Shown: piece after piece, positions 11,193-21,280 of the stretch
Layout: each line of letters begins with the position of its first letter
Numbering within the stretch: the first letter of the stretch is position 1
Source of the DNA: Archaeoglobus sp. JdFR-37
GTDB lineage: Archaea > Halobacteriota > Archaeoglobi > Archaeoglobales > Archaeoglobaceae
Assembly: GCA_002010215.1 (NCBI GenBank)
Contig: MTMY01000032.1
Coordinates: 1 to 64,000 of the forward strand
Direction of reading: 5' to 3'
DNA: 64,000 nt
Translations under genes and position numbers: made by a program
Notes under the pieces: model-generated
What the model saw: the letters and a program-made list of their open reading frames with translations, nothing else
What the model was told of the DNA's origin: nothing
The model's database searches: none

Positions 11193-12060
11193 ACAACCTC
11201 CTCCCGAATATAGGGAACAGAATAAGAAGGGCTGCGTAGAATACTAAGTGGAACTGAGGAGCCAGTGCGTTAAGGGCTCGAGCCGCGAAGAGAAGTGCAA
11301 AGCTAAGAAAAGTCATTCTTGGGGCAGAAAGACCGCCAATTGAAACAATCAGCGGAAATACTGATAGCTCAACAGAGAAAATCTCAGGAGACACGTGGGA
11401 GAACTGGAAGGAATAGAGATAACCTGCTGCAACAGCTGTGAGAGTTGAGAGAAGAGAGGCAAAAAACTTCATTCTACTGATTTTGACACCTAAGGCTTTT
11501 GCTGCCAGTTCATCATCCCTAACAGCTCCCATTTTGATGCCAAGGCCTGTTCTGGCGAGAAAATCATAGATCATAGCCGTTATAAAGAGTGTAAGGAACG
11601 AAAGAAGGTAGATTGTTTTCAGTGGAACATGTGGAAGGAAAAATCCCTCTTCACCTCCAACCATTGTATCTCCATAACCCAAAACAAGCCTAGGTGCGGC
11701 AACCCAGAGAAGAATACTTATGACGAAGGTAGCAAAAATGAACTCTTTTTTTCCAAGCTTTAGCGATAAAAGATAGTATAGCAGAAAAATAACCAGTAAA
11801 GATACGAGAGCAGGTGTTAAAATCCCAAAACCGAGATTATAAGATATTGCTGCAAGATAAGCAGGAATTCCAAGTGCTGAAGCATGGCCAAGACTCGGTC
11901 TTCCAGAGTATCTTTCCAAGAAACCCCATGAGATGGTAAAGATAGAATAGATGGCTGCTAGAGTAAAAAGCCAGGTTACAAAGTAGTTATCCAGCAGGAG
12001 GGGGATTGTAAACAGAGTTGCTACAGCGAGAATTGTGGTAACTGCTTGTATGGCCTTCAT
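11179..12060 (-). CDS. livM: ABC transporter permease (LivM-like)
   Basis: Multiple TM helices; SLGHA, GGEEG, AVRDDELAAKALGV. Confidence 0.85.
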   Translation of the reverse strand: MKAIQAVTTILAVATLFTIPLLLDNYFVTWLFTLAAIYSIFTISWGFLERYSGRPSLGHASALGIPAYLAAISYNLGFGILTPALVSLLVIFLLYYLLSLKLGKKEFIFATFVISILLWVAAPRLVLGYGDTMVGGEEGFFLPHVPLKTIYLLSFLTLFITAMIYDFLARTGLGIKMGAVRDDELAAKALGVKISRMKFFASLLSTLTAVAAGYLYSFQFSHVSPEIFSVELSVFPLIVSIGGLSAPRMTFLSFALLFAARALNALAPQFHLVFYAALLILFPIFGRRLYAQG

Positions 12061-12821
12061 ATACCTCCTCCCACAGCAAAAGCAATTCCCAATATTGCAG
12101 AAACGACAAGAACGTTGAGCTGAACCCTCATACCTACTCCACCAAGCTGGGATGCAATCCCATACACAACTATCCCGCTTACAAGGGGTCCCCAGCCCAT
12201 GGAAGGAAAGATTGCTGAGCTGACAGAGCTTATAGCTCCCAGCAGCGTCACAAAAATCGTGGATATTAACAGTAAAAAGAAAGAGTAAAGTGAGGTATTG
12301 ACACCGTAGAGTTCGGCAAGCTCTGCATCTTCTTCTATAAACTTAATTTTCAGCCCCTTTGGCGAAAGGTAGAAAAGAGCTAGAATGATTATGAAGGCAA
12401 CAAAAAGAGCAATCCTGAGCTGCTCCCAGAACAGCAATGGAATATCCGTGGTTACTGTGAGGAAATAAGACGTGCGGTACCACAGTCTGAAAGCTTCCTC
12501 GAGAGCTATTCCATAACCAAGGGCAATTATTGTCCTGCCTACTGTCTCTCTCCCAATCTTCTGGGTAAGGATAAAAAGAATGGATGACAGACTAACTGAA
12601 GCTACAACGCTCAAAATCAGAGCATAAGTCAGAGGCAGATATTCTTCTAAGGCGAAATACATAGAGTACGCACCCAGAGTATAGAACGAGCCCAAGGACA
12701 AGTTAAGATATTTTAGGGTTCTGAACTGGAGGGCTATGACTGAAGAAAAAATAAAAAGATGAGCTACAATGAGCAGTGAATCAATCGGTGAGCCAATGGA
12801 GCCAACAGATAAATCAATCAG
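12057..12821 (-). CDS. livH: ABC transporter permease (LivH-like), probable CTG start at 12821
   Basis: Hydrophobic, EDAELAELYGVN motif. Frame extends 40 codons upstream of TTG 12701 and encodes the expected first TM helix. Confidence 0.8.
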   Translation of the reverse strand: MIDLSVGSIGSPIDSLLIVAHLFIFSSVIALQFRTLKYLNLSLGSFYTLGAYSMYFALEEYLPLTYALILSVVASVSLSSILFILTQKIGRETVGRTIIALGYGIALEEAFRLWYRTSYFLTVTTDIPLLFWEQLRIALFVAFIIILALFYLSPKGLKIKFIEEDAELAELYGVNTSLYSFFLLLISTIFVTLLGAISSVSSAIFPSMGWGPLVSGIVVYGIASQLGGVGMRVQLNVLVVSAILGIAFAVGGGI

Positions 12822-14019
12822 CCCAGATCACTCCTGAATTCGCGAATTTTTCAGGATATACTACCTTTATGCTGCCAACATACTCACCAATGACTCCCTG
12901 TAGCTCATCACTTCCCCAGAGTGCCTGATGATTCTCGTTAAATCTATATATGCCAGCAGCACCCTTGAAGGTGCTTGTTTCAAGGGTTTCAATCAGCCTG
13001 TCCCTACCACCTTTCTCCAGAGCCTGAGTAAGAATGAGAATTGCATCGTACGTCAGCAAACCAGCATAGTTGTTCGCTTCCTCCCCATAGGTTTGCCTGT
13101 AATCTTCAAAGTATTTCTTAGTAAATTCAGTTTTTTCTGTATCCTCCAGCGCTGCTGCCTGGAATGCCGTGTAATCCGCCTTTATCTTCTCGAGGATTGC
13201 TGGCAGTGCCAAAGTACCGCCAACAGAATAAACAACACCTTTTCCACCATTCGCTCTATATTCTTTAACGAAGTTTATTGAGAGTCTCCCTGGGTCGCCG
13301 AGGATGAGGATATCATGCCCACCAACAGCAGAAGCTGCCTGTTTCGCCTTCAGCTTTACATCATCCGGATTCACCTTTGGAGTAGTGTAATAAATTTCAC
13401 CCAGCTTTTCCACATCACTCCTCTTTTCAATTACCTTCAGCATTCCCTGATTGAAGGTTTTGAGGGGGTCGTAGCCCACGAAGTAGTAGTGCTCTGCTCC
13501 AGAAATCTTCAGAAATTCAGCAGCAAGGATTCCCCAGTAGGTGGTGTTGTAGGCATTTCTGAAAATGTGGCTGCTTCCCTGCTTGACCATCTCTTCCAGC
13601 TGTGGTGTGGATGCGACGCTTGCAATATAAACAATTTCTGCTTCCTCTGCTGCTTTTGCTACCGCTATGGCCTGAGCACTTGAATAAGCCCCCACCACTG
13701 CCACTATATCCTGCTGGGCAAGCTGTAAAAAGGCAGAGGTAGCTTCTTCTGGTGTTGAACCTGCATCAGCTATAATTAGTGTGACCTGATAGCTGCCACC
13801 TAAGTTCATCTCCTTTACATGCTTCTCTGCCAGCCTAGCAGCGTTTTCCATGGCTACACCGGCACTCTGAAAAACACCGGTTTTGGGAACCAGAACCCCT
13901 ATCTTAACTTCTTGGGGCTGAGGAGGCTGGGGTTGCTGTTGCTGCTGAACACAGCCTAGCATGAAAATGGCAGTTGCCAGAGCTATGAGCAAAAACATCG
14001 ATAAAATCAATCGGCCCAT
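12814..14019 (-). CDS. livK: LivK-type periplasmic binding lipoprotein
   Basis: Lipobox MLGC, Q/P linker, VKIGVLVPKTG, VVGAYSS, FKGAAG.YRF. Confidence 0.88.
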   Translation of the reverse strand: MGRLILSMFLLIALATAIFMLGCVQQQQQPQPPQPQEVKIGVLVPKTGVFQSAGVAMENAARLAEKHVKEMNLGGSYQVTLIIADAGSTPEEATSAFLQLAQQDIVAVVGAYSSAQAIAVAKAAEEAEIVYIASVASTPQLEEMVKQGSSHIFRNAYNTTYWGILAAEFLKISGAEHYYFVGYDPLKTFNQGMLKVIEKRSDVEKLGEIYYTTPKVNPDDVKLKAKQAASAVGGHDILILGDPGRLSINFVKEYRANGGKGVVYSVGGTLALPAILEKIKADYTAFQAAALEDTEKTEFTKKYFEDYRQTYGEEANNYAGLLTYDAILILTQALEKGGRDRLIETLETSTFKGAAGIYRFNENHQALWGSDELQGVIGEYVGSIKVVYPEKFANSGVIWAD

Positions 14020-14160
14020 ATATCGTAGTTGCTCACCAAGAACTTTAATCTTTCTGAAATTTGCATTCAGGATGCGAAGCTGTTGAGAGGTAATTTCAAT
14101 GGATCAGAACCGAAAACAATACTGAGAAACAGTTAAGTTTCTGATTCCGCTACCCCATTC

Positions 14161-15219
14161 ATGGTACGCTTTGGCCTCCAGTTACCCCATGACCCGATAG
14201 ACCTAATTCTCGAATCAGCCCTTCTGGCTGAGAAGCTGGGGTTTGATTCAGTTTTTACCCCTGACCATCTAGTAGGGATCGGAATACGGCAGTGGGATGC
14301 CTTTGAGGCTTTTACGGTGCTTGGAGCCATATCAAAGCTAACGGAAAGAGTTAAGCTTGGCACATGTGTGAGTGATGTCCTGAGAAAACATCCAGCAGTA
14401 ATAGCTCAATCAGCCATGACTCTCGATCACCTCAGCGGAGGCAGGGCTATTCTGAGCTTGGGAGCTGGAGAGGGGATGAATCTCATTCCTTACGGAATTC
14501 CCACAAACTATCTTGTCTCAAAGCTTGAAGAGGGAACAGAAATCATAAAAAAACTTTTAGGGGGTGGGGAGGTCACACACAACGGCAGGTTTTTCCGTCT
14601 GGAAAGGGCATTTATCCGTCCAAAGCCATCAGGCCATATACCTGTCTGGATTGCTGGAAACTCCCCAAAAACCATGCTCCTAACTGCAAAGCTCGGTGAC
14701 GGATGGGTTCCGACAGCCTCCATGGGCCCTGAGGGTTACAGGGAAAATTTGAGAATGATAAGAGAGCATGCCCGAAAGTCGGGGAGAAGTGGCCAAGAGA
14801 TAGAGGCAGCACTTTTTGCCTATATCGTGGTGGAAGACAGCTACGAAGAGGCAAGAAAGAGAATTGAGCTGCCGGGAAGGGTGGTTGCACTCCTCTCACC
14901 TCTCAGGAGAAAATTTCTGGAAAAGGTTGGAATAGATGAGAATGAGCTGGGCTTTCCCCATCTGATGGATTTCACATTCAATGAAAATAACGTTTCCAAG
15001 CTGCTAGATTGGGCGAAGCGAATCCCCTTTGAGATCGTGGAGGATCGTTACATCTTCGGCTCACCAGACGACGTGATTGACAGGCTATCTAAATTTGCCG
15101 AAGCTGGAGCCCAGCATTTCGTTTTAACTCCTCTGGTGCAGCATAAATACTATCTGGACACTGTGAGGAGAATTGCAGACAAGGTGATGTCCTATTTCAA
15201 GAATAGTGAAGGAGGTTGA
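14161..15219 (+). CDS. LLM-class (Mer-like, probably F420-dependent) oxidoreductase
   Basis: GFDSVFTPDH, TLDHLSGGRAILSLGAGE, LGDGW. Confidence 0.85.
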   Translation: MVRFGLQLPHDPIDLILESALLAEKLGFDSVFTPDHLVGIGIRQWDAFEAFTVLGAISKLTERVKLGTCVSDVLRKHPAVIAQSAMTLDHLSGGRAILSLGAGEGMNLIPYGIPTNYLVSKLEEGTEIIKKLLGGGEVTHNGRFFRLERAFIRPKPSGHIPVWIAGNSPKTMLLTAKLGDGWVPTASMGPEGYRENLRMIREHARKSGRSGQEIEAALFAYIVVEDSYEEARKRIELPGRVVALLSPLRRKFLEKVGIDENELGFPHLMDFTFNENNVSKLLDWAKRIPFEIVEDRYIFGSPDDVIDRLSKFAEAGAQHFVLTPLVQHKYYLDTVRRIADKVMSYFKNSEGG

Positions 15220-15473
15220 GGTCCATCAATAGAGTGTAACAGAGAAGACTCTATGAAAATAATGGGGGTAAAAGGAGATAAAAAAGAAGATAACAAAGGC
15301 CTTAAAGGCTTTAAAGATATTTTAGACAAAATTGAAGAGTATTCTAAAAAATTCGGAGCTTCAGCGAGATTTAGAAAAATAAACCTTTGATTTTAACACC
15401 CTTCGGAGAAAGCGAAAATGTGCTCATCGCCCTAGTAACGATGTGGGTAGAAGGAATCCCGAAACTCAAAAAC

Positions 15474-16106
15474 TCACTCAAAATCGCTGAAGGACATCTG
15501 GGAGAGTTTTCCAAGCGTCTTCCATTTCTTCCTCACGTGGGGTGGAAAGTTTCCTTTCTCCTTCATGTAATCCCTGATGAATTTTCTTGTTCTTTCATCG
15601 CTGGCATATCCACTTCCGAAATCCCCAATCTCCTTCTTGAGCTCTTCAATAATTTCATCCCTCTCAACCTTGGCAATGATGGACGCTGCTGCAACAATAA
15701 CGTATTTTGAATCTGCAGAATGCTCTGCCACGATTTCAACACCGCACAGTTTCTTCAGACCATTGGACAGCCTTTCAGGATTAACATCAAAGCAGTCAAT
15801 GTAGGCAATATCCGGTTTCAGACTTGATATTATGCTGGCAAATCCTTCAAGAAGGATTTCATTGATGGTCTGCCCCTCCATGAGATGATTCAGCTCCTCG
15901 GAGGGAATTACTCTGACTTCCACCTGACAGATCTTCCCTATCTTCTCTGCCAGCTCTTTTCGCCTTGAAGGAGACAGTCTTTTTGAATCCCTGATTCCCA
16001 ACTCTTTCAGCTTTTCAATCTTATCTTCTTCACAGCAAACCCCTGCAATAACAAGAGGACCTATAACCGGGCCCTTTCCAGCTTCATCAACACCACAGAT
16101 TCTCAT
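15474..16106 (-). CDS. rnhB: Ribonuclease HII
   Basis: GVDEAGKGPVIGP, DSK, AAASIIAKV, GSGYASD. Confidence 0.96.
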   Translation of the reverse strand: MRICGVDEAGKGPVIGPLVIAGVCCEEDKIEKLKELGIRDSKRLSPSRRKELAEKIGKICQVEVRVIPSEELNHLMEGQTINEILLEGFASIISSLKPDIAYIDCFDVNPERLSNGLKKLCGVEIVAEHSADSKYVIVAAASIIAKVERDEIIEELKKEIGDFGSGYASDERTRKFIRDYMKEKGNFPPHVRKKWKTLGKLSQMSFSDFE

Positions 16107-16168
16107 ACACTTGACCTTTCCGTTACTTAGGTTTTAACCTAGTTTAAACTTCAACCCAAACCTTCAAT

Positions 16169-17497
16169 CTAAATTCCCATCCCAAGCTTCCCCATCTTGC
16201 CCATTTTCAGCTTGCCCAGCTTCCCTTTCCTCATCCTCTTCATAAGAGCTTTCATTGTATCATAATACTTCAGGAGCTCCTTGACTTCTTGAGGAGAAGT
16301 GCCGCTTCCTATCGCTATCCTTCTTATTCGGGATGAGTCTATAATCTTGGGATTCAGGAGCTCTTCTTCCGTCATTGAATCCATAATGACCCTGAACTTC
16401 TTCATCTTTTCCTGAGTCATCTCCATTGCATCCTCATCCACCTTCAGCCCGAAGCCGAAGGGAAGCATTTCCAGTATCTTACTTATGGGGCCCATCTTCC
16501 CCATGGCATCAATTTGCTTGTAGAGGTCTTTCAGGGTGAATGTACCCTTCAAAAACACCTCAGGGTCAAGATCTTCCTGACTTGCAATCCTCTCCACCTT
16601 TTCAAGCAAAGCTTTGATGTCACCCATTCCTAGAAGGCGGGAAATAAAACCTGCCGGATCGAAGCGTTCAAAGTCTTCTATTTTCTCACCGCTTCCGATG
16701 AAGGCAATGGGGATTCCGATCTCTCTTGCGGCGCTTAAAGCACCACCACCTTTAGCAGTCCCGTCGAATTTGGTCACAATTATCCCATCAATCCCTATAG
16801 CATCGTGGAAAGCCTTAGCCTGCTTTGCAGCCAGCTGCCCGATGGCAGCGTCAAGAACAAGAAGCTTGTAATCGGGCTTTGCAACCTCTGCAACCTCTAT
16901 CATCTCTTGAATAAGGTCATCTTCCAGAGCATGCCTGCCTGCCGTATCTATTATCACCATGTCGTATTTGCCGTCCAGCTCTTCCATGGCCTTTTTTACA
17001 ATTTTGACTGCATTTTTCTCCCCCTTAATCCCGAAGAACCCGATTCCTGCCTGCTCAGCAAGCTGCTCGAGCTGCTCGTAAGCAGCTGGTCTCCATGTGT
17101 CTGCTGCCACAACAGCGGTTTTCATACCCTTGTCCTTGAAATACTTGGCAATTTTTGCAGCAGTCGTGGTCTTCCCGCTTCCTTGCAAACCCACAAGCAT
17201 TATTCTGGCCTTCTTTAAAGGAATCTCAAGACCTTCACCGATTCCTCTCAATAGCTCTTCGTAAACTATCCTGATGACGTGCTCTCTGGCGTTTAAGGAT
17301 GGTAATACGTCCTCACTCAGAGCCCTCTTCTTTATGGCATCGCTGATTTCCTTAACCTGTCTGACGTTTACATCCGCCCTTATTAGGGCCCTTTGAATAT
17401 CTCTGACAATTTCCTCCACAAGCGCCTTATCAACTGTTGTTGAACGGGTTATCTTTCTGATGACATCTTTGAGAGCATTTAGAGACATTAAAGCCAT
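16169..17497 (-). CDS. srp54: Signal recognition particle protein Srp54
   Basis: GLQGSGKTTT, DTAGR, TKFDGTAKGGG, Met-rich M domain. Start placed at ATG 17497. Confidence 0.96.
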   Translation of the reverse strand: MALMSLNALKDVIRKITRSTTVDKALVEEIVRDIQRALIRADVNVRQVKEISDAIKKRALSEDVLPSLNAREHVIRIVYEELLRGIGEGLEIPLKKARIMLVGLQGSGKTTTAAKIAKYFKDKGMKTAVVAADTWRPAAYEQLEQLAEQAGIGFFGIKGEKNAVKIVKKAMEELDGKYDMVIIDTAGRHALEDDLIQEMIEVAEVAKPDYKLLVLDAAIGQLAAKQAKAFHDAIGIDGIIVTKFDGTAKGGGALSAAREIGIPIAFIGSGEKIEDFERFDPAGFISRLLGMGDIKALLEKVERIASQEDLDPEVFLKGTFTLKDLYKQIDAMGKMGPISKILEMLPFGFGLKVDEDAMEMTQEKMKKFRVIMDSMTEEELLNPKIIDSSRIRRIAIGSGTSPQEVKELLKYYDTMKALMKRMRKGKLGKLKMGKMGKLGMGI

Positions 17498-17669
17498 GTC
17501 TGAGGTGAAGAATATAAGGTTTAGGGATGGTCTAGCAGGATCTATCAGGGTTAGCACCACAAATTTAGCAAGGTGCTCAGGGCAGGTTTATGAACACATT
17601 CAGCCCAGTGCACCTCACCAAGTCAAGAAGGCAAAAGATTTTAAATGCGCATTTTCAAGGCTTAGACAG

Positions 17670-18569
17670 ATGATCGAAAGCTGGGAAGAGTACAGAATTA
17701 TCAACGATGAGCTTGAAAAGCTGGTAGAATCTAGCAATACGATACCAAAGGTAAAAAAGGCTCTCAGATACATAATAGGGGCAGGAGGAAAAAGAACTCG
17801 CCCAATCATAGTTCTGCTCTCTGGCAGGATTTCCGGTGGGGAATATGAGGATGTCATGAATGCTGCACTTGCTGTTGAACTCATCCACACTGCAAGCCTT
17901 GCACACGATGATGTTATAGACAGAGGAGTCGTCAGGAGGAACGTTGAAACCCTTCACGTTAAATACGACACCAGTCTCGCAATTCTCTTGGGTGACTGGC
18001 TAATTTCGAAATCCGTTGAGCTCACCTCGGTTTACGGAGAGGAGATAATAGCAGAATTCGCCAGAGTCGGTATGATGATGAGCGAAGGCGAAGTGATGGA
18101 CATAGACAGCAAGAACATGCATTTCGGAGAGAAAGATTACTTTAAATGTATTCAGATGAAGACTGCATCACTTTTCGGATATTCTGCAAAAAATGCAGCC
18201 AAGATTGTTTGTGAGGATCAGAGGGCATCGGAGACGCTTTTTGAATACGGAAACAACCTCGGTCTGGCATATCAGCTTGTTGACGATCTGCTAGAATTCC
18301 TAGAGATGTTTGAGGACAAAAGAAGCGAGCTGGAATCCCGCACACTGCCTCTGATCTACGAAGAGAAATACGGTTTTGATGAAGCAGTGTTGAGAGTTCT
18401 TGACCTGATAAAAGACCATGCAGAGCGCAGCAGAAATGCTTTGGATTATTTCGAAGATTGCGAGGCAAAGCAAAAGCTGCTGAAAATGGTAGATTTCATG
18501 ACTGATGATCTACTCAAGAGCTACGTGAGTAAAAACAGGGAAATTTTAAGGCTTCTTGAGTCTTTTTAG
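17670..18569 (+). CDS. Polyprenyl diphosphate synthase
   Basis: GGKRTRP, HDDVID...RR, QLVDD. Start placed at ATG 17670. Confidence 0.9.
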   Translation: MIESWEEYRIINDELEKLVESSNTIPKVKKALRYIIGAGGKRTRPIIVLLSGRISGGEYEDVMNAALAVELIHTASLAHDDVIDRGVVRRNVETLHVKYDTSLAILLGDWLISKSVELTSVYGEEIIAEFARVGMMMSEGEVMDIDSKNMHFGEKDYFKCIQMKTASLFGYSAKNAAKIVCEDQRASETLFEYGNNLGLAYQLVDDLLEFLEMFEDKRSELESRTLPLIYEEKYGFDEAVLRVLDLIKDHAERSRNALDYFEDCEAKQKLLKMVDFMTDDLLKSYVSKNREILRLLESF

Positions 18570-18570
18570 C

Positions 18571-19218
18571 TTATATCTTCTTCAGCTTTTTATCCAGAAG
18601 TTTTTCAGAGTTCCTGAGCACATCATCTACCTTCTCAACCCCTGCACCCCTGAGAACTTTCTCCGCGAAACGCCTGGTGACAAAATCCCCCGGAGAATGA
18701 GCATCCGTGTTTATGACGAGTCTGAATCCATAGGTGGAAGAAAGCTTTGCCACAAGACCATTTGTCAGGCTGTGCCCCCTTCGAGTTGTTATCTCAACGT
18801 ATATCCCGTTCTCAGCAGCGAGCTCAGCTGTTGATTTATCAAGAATTCCCGGATGAGCTAAGATGTCTACCTCCTCGTTAACCGCAGCAAAATTCGTTCC
18901 CGCTGCTACAGGTTCAACGACGGTTTCACCGTGTACAACAATCAGCTCAGCACCTTCAGCAAGGGCAAGTTCAACTGCCCTACCTATTAGCTTTGGAGGC
19001 ACATGAGTTATCTCAACTCCCAGCAAAACGGGTATTTCGTAATCATCTCTGAGATCCTGCATTCTTCTCAGGCAAGACATGATGTGAGGTATCACAGCAA
19101 AGTCGGCATGGTCAGTTATCGCAACTCCCCTATTTTCCAGCTCAGAAACCCTTCTGATTATCTCTGAAGGTATGAGTTCCCCATCACTCAAAACCGAGTG
19201 AACGTGGAGATCGATCAT
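18571..19218 (-). CDS. PHP-family phosphoesterase
   Basis: DLHVHS..SDG, ITDH, ILAHPG, NTDAH. Confidence 0.9.
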   Translation of the reverse strand: MIDLHVHSVLSDGELIPSEIIRRVSELENRGVAITDHADFAVIPHIMSCLRRMQDLRDDYEIPVLLGVEITHVPPKLIGRAVELALAEGAELIVVHGETVVEPVAAGTNFAAVNEEVDILAHPGILDKSTAELAAENGIYVEITTRRGHSLTNGLVAKLSSTYGFRLVINTDAHSPGDFVTRRFAEKVLRGAGVEKVDDVLRNSEKLLDKKLKKI

Positions 19219-19257
19219 ACAAAAGGGTTAAATAGCTTCGTCTAAAAACATTTCCCT

Positions 19258-19548
19258 GTGACAGGGATTAGAAGACTCGTGCTGGACGTGCTGAAGCCCC
19301 ACGAGCCCAGCAACCTCCTGATGGCAAAGGCTTTGAGCGAGCTTGAATTTGTGGAAGGTGTGAATTTAAGCCTTTATGAGATAGACCAGAATACCGAGAA
19401 CATCAAAATCGTTATTGTTGGCAACGACATGGATTTTGAGAAGATAAAAAGAGAAATAGAGAATCTCGGCGGTGTTATACACAGCATCGATGAGATAGTT
19501 GCCGGAAAGAGAATAATCGAGACAGTCACCACCGAGCAAGACAGGTAG
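19258..19548 (+). CDS. DUF211 family protein
   Basis: [14 protein letters not shown] ... [13 protein letters not shown]. Confidence 0.88.
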   Translation: MTGIRRLVLDVLKPHEPSNLLMAKALSELEFVEGVNLSLYEIDQNTENIKIVIVGNDMDFEKIKREIENLGGVIHSIDEIVAGKRIIETVTTEQDR

Positions 19549-19639
19549 AGTGTTAATAGACTGATAAGAGACTGATAAAATTGACAGAAATGGCAAATAC
19601 AGAGAAACGATTATAAATTATCATTAGACACCCATCCCC

Positions 19640-21280
19640 ATGCCTGATTATAACGTGTGTATAGCCGGTGCTGCTGGTGACGGAGTTAAAGATGCCGGCA
19701 TTGTTCTTGCTAGGCTTTTTGCTTCAATGGGTTACAGAACCTTTGTTTATCAGGAGTATGAGTCTCTGATAAGAGGGGGTCACAACGCCAGTATCGTGAG
19801 AGCCTCCGATAAAGAAATTCACTCCCATCGCTACTTTTACGATGCTTTCATCTGCCTTGAAGATTACGTTCTCAAATACCATAATGGCAGACTGAAAGGA
19901 TTTCTCATTTATGATTCAAAATTTCAATGTGAATACGGGAATTCATTCTCAATTCCTATGAGCCAAATGGTTAGGGAAGAACACCAGCCCGCTATTTTCA
20001 GAAACGCAGTTGCTCTAGGCTCTTTCTGCTATCTGGCAGGAATTCCTCTAGAAAACCTGAATGAAGTGTTTATTAGAGAGTACGGTGAGAAAGCGAAGTA
20101 TGATATTATTCTCGCCAGAGAGGGATATGAGTTTGCGGAGAAGAACTTCCAGCAGCAACTTTATGTTGAAAGAATGGATGGGAAAAAACCAGTCCTCTCT
20201 GGAAACGAAGTTATAGCCCTGGGAATGGTAAAAGCTGGCCTGAAATGTTACTTTGCATACCCAATGACCCCAACATCTCCAATTCTTCACCTCCTAGCAA
20301 AGCAAAAGCTTGGTGTGAAGGCAGTGCAGCCAGAAAGCGAGATTGCAGCCATAATGATGGCAATTGGCAGTGCTTTTGCGGGGAAGAGGAGTGCGGTTGC
20401 TACAAGCGGTGGTGGATTCGCACTGATGACGGAAAGCATAAGTCTTGCCGCTATGGCTGAAGTTCCTGTTCTGATAGTTGAAGGACAGCGGAGCGCTCCC
20501 TCAACTGGCATGGCCACATTCACAGCCCAGCAGGATCTGGACTTCGTCCTTCATCCCGCCCATGGCGAATTCCCTCTTTTGGTTGCCTCGCCCATCACCG
20601 TAAGCGACTCGTTCTACCTTGCCGCTGAACTCCTCAATCTGGCATGGAAGTTTCAGACCCCATCCATCATGCTGACGGACAAGCACCTTGTGGAAAGCTA
20701 TGAGACGGTAGATGTGGACGTTAGCGTTGTCAAAGAAGAGAAGATAGAGATATACGATGAAGAGACTGAGGAGATATTTCCAAGGTTCAGGATTACTGAC
20801 AGCGGTGTCTCGCCCTACGCTGTGCCGCCAGCCATGGTAAAAGCCAACAGCAATGAGCACGATGAATTCGGGATAACAACAGACGATGCAGAAATTGCCA
20901 CTGCAATGTATGCAAAGCGGATGAAAAAGGAGGAAGGAATAAAAAAGGAAGTTTCTGAACTTGAACCCTATAGGTTGTATGGTGAGGGTAAGGACACAAT
21001 AATCACCTGGGGTTCCAACTTCGGAGCTGTCTATGAAGTTGCCGAAGAGCTCGGCTACAAAGTGCTGGCTGTGCGCTATCTGAGGCCTCTAATCCTTCCC
21101 GAGCTGAAAGGAGAGTTGATTGCTGTGGAGTGCAACTACAGCGGTCTGCTGGCAAGGCTTGTTGAGAGAGAAAAGGGTGTAAGGATTAGGCGGGTGCTCA
21201 GGTGGGATGGGCGTCCATTCACTCCAGAAGAGCTTCAAAAGTCTCTGGGAGCAGTTGAGGGTCTGGAGGTGGTGGAATGA
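19640..21280 (+). CDS. korA: 2-oxoacid:ferredoxin oxidoreductase alpha subunit (fused gamma domain)
   Basis: GAAGDGV, ESLIRGGH, YPMTP, ESEIAA, TSGGGFALM, PSTG. Confidence 0.88.
   Translation: MPDYNVCIAGAAGDGVKDAGIVLARLFASMGYRTFVYQEYESLIRGGHNASIVRASDKEIHSHRYFYDAFICLEDYVLKYHNGRLKGFLIYDSKFQCEYGNSFSIPMSQMVREEHQPAIFRNAVALGSFCYLAGIPLENLNEVFIREYGEKAKYDIILAREGYEFAEKNFQQQLYVERMDGKKPVLSGNEVIALGMVKAGLKCYFAYPMTPTSPILHLLAKQKLGVKAVQPESEIAAIMMAIGSAFAGKRSAVATSGGGFALMTESISLAAMAEVPVLIVEGQRSAPSTGMATFTAQQDLDFVLHPAHGEFPLLVASPITVSDSFYLAAELLNLAWKFQTPSIMLTDKHLVESYETVDVDVSVVKEEKIEIYDEETEEIFPRFRITDSGVSPYAVPPAMVKANSNEHDEFGITTDDAEIATAMYAKRMKKEEGIKKEVSELEPYRLYGEGKDTIITWGSNFGAVYEVAEELGYKVLAVRYLRPLILPELKGELIAVECNYSGLLARLVEREKGVRIRRVLRWDGRPFTPEELQKSLGAVEGLEVVE

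Noticed and set aside
17460..17669. 70-codon N-terminal extension of the prenyl synthase
   Set aside because: Overlaps the srp54 start and the divergent promoter; family similarity begins at ATG 17670.
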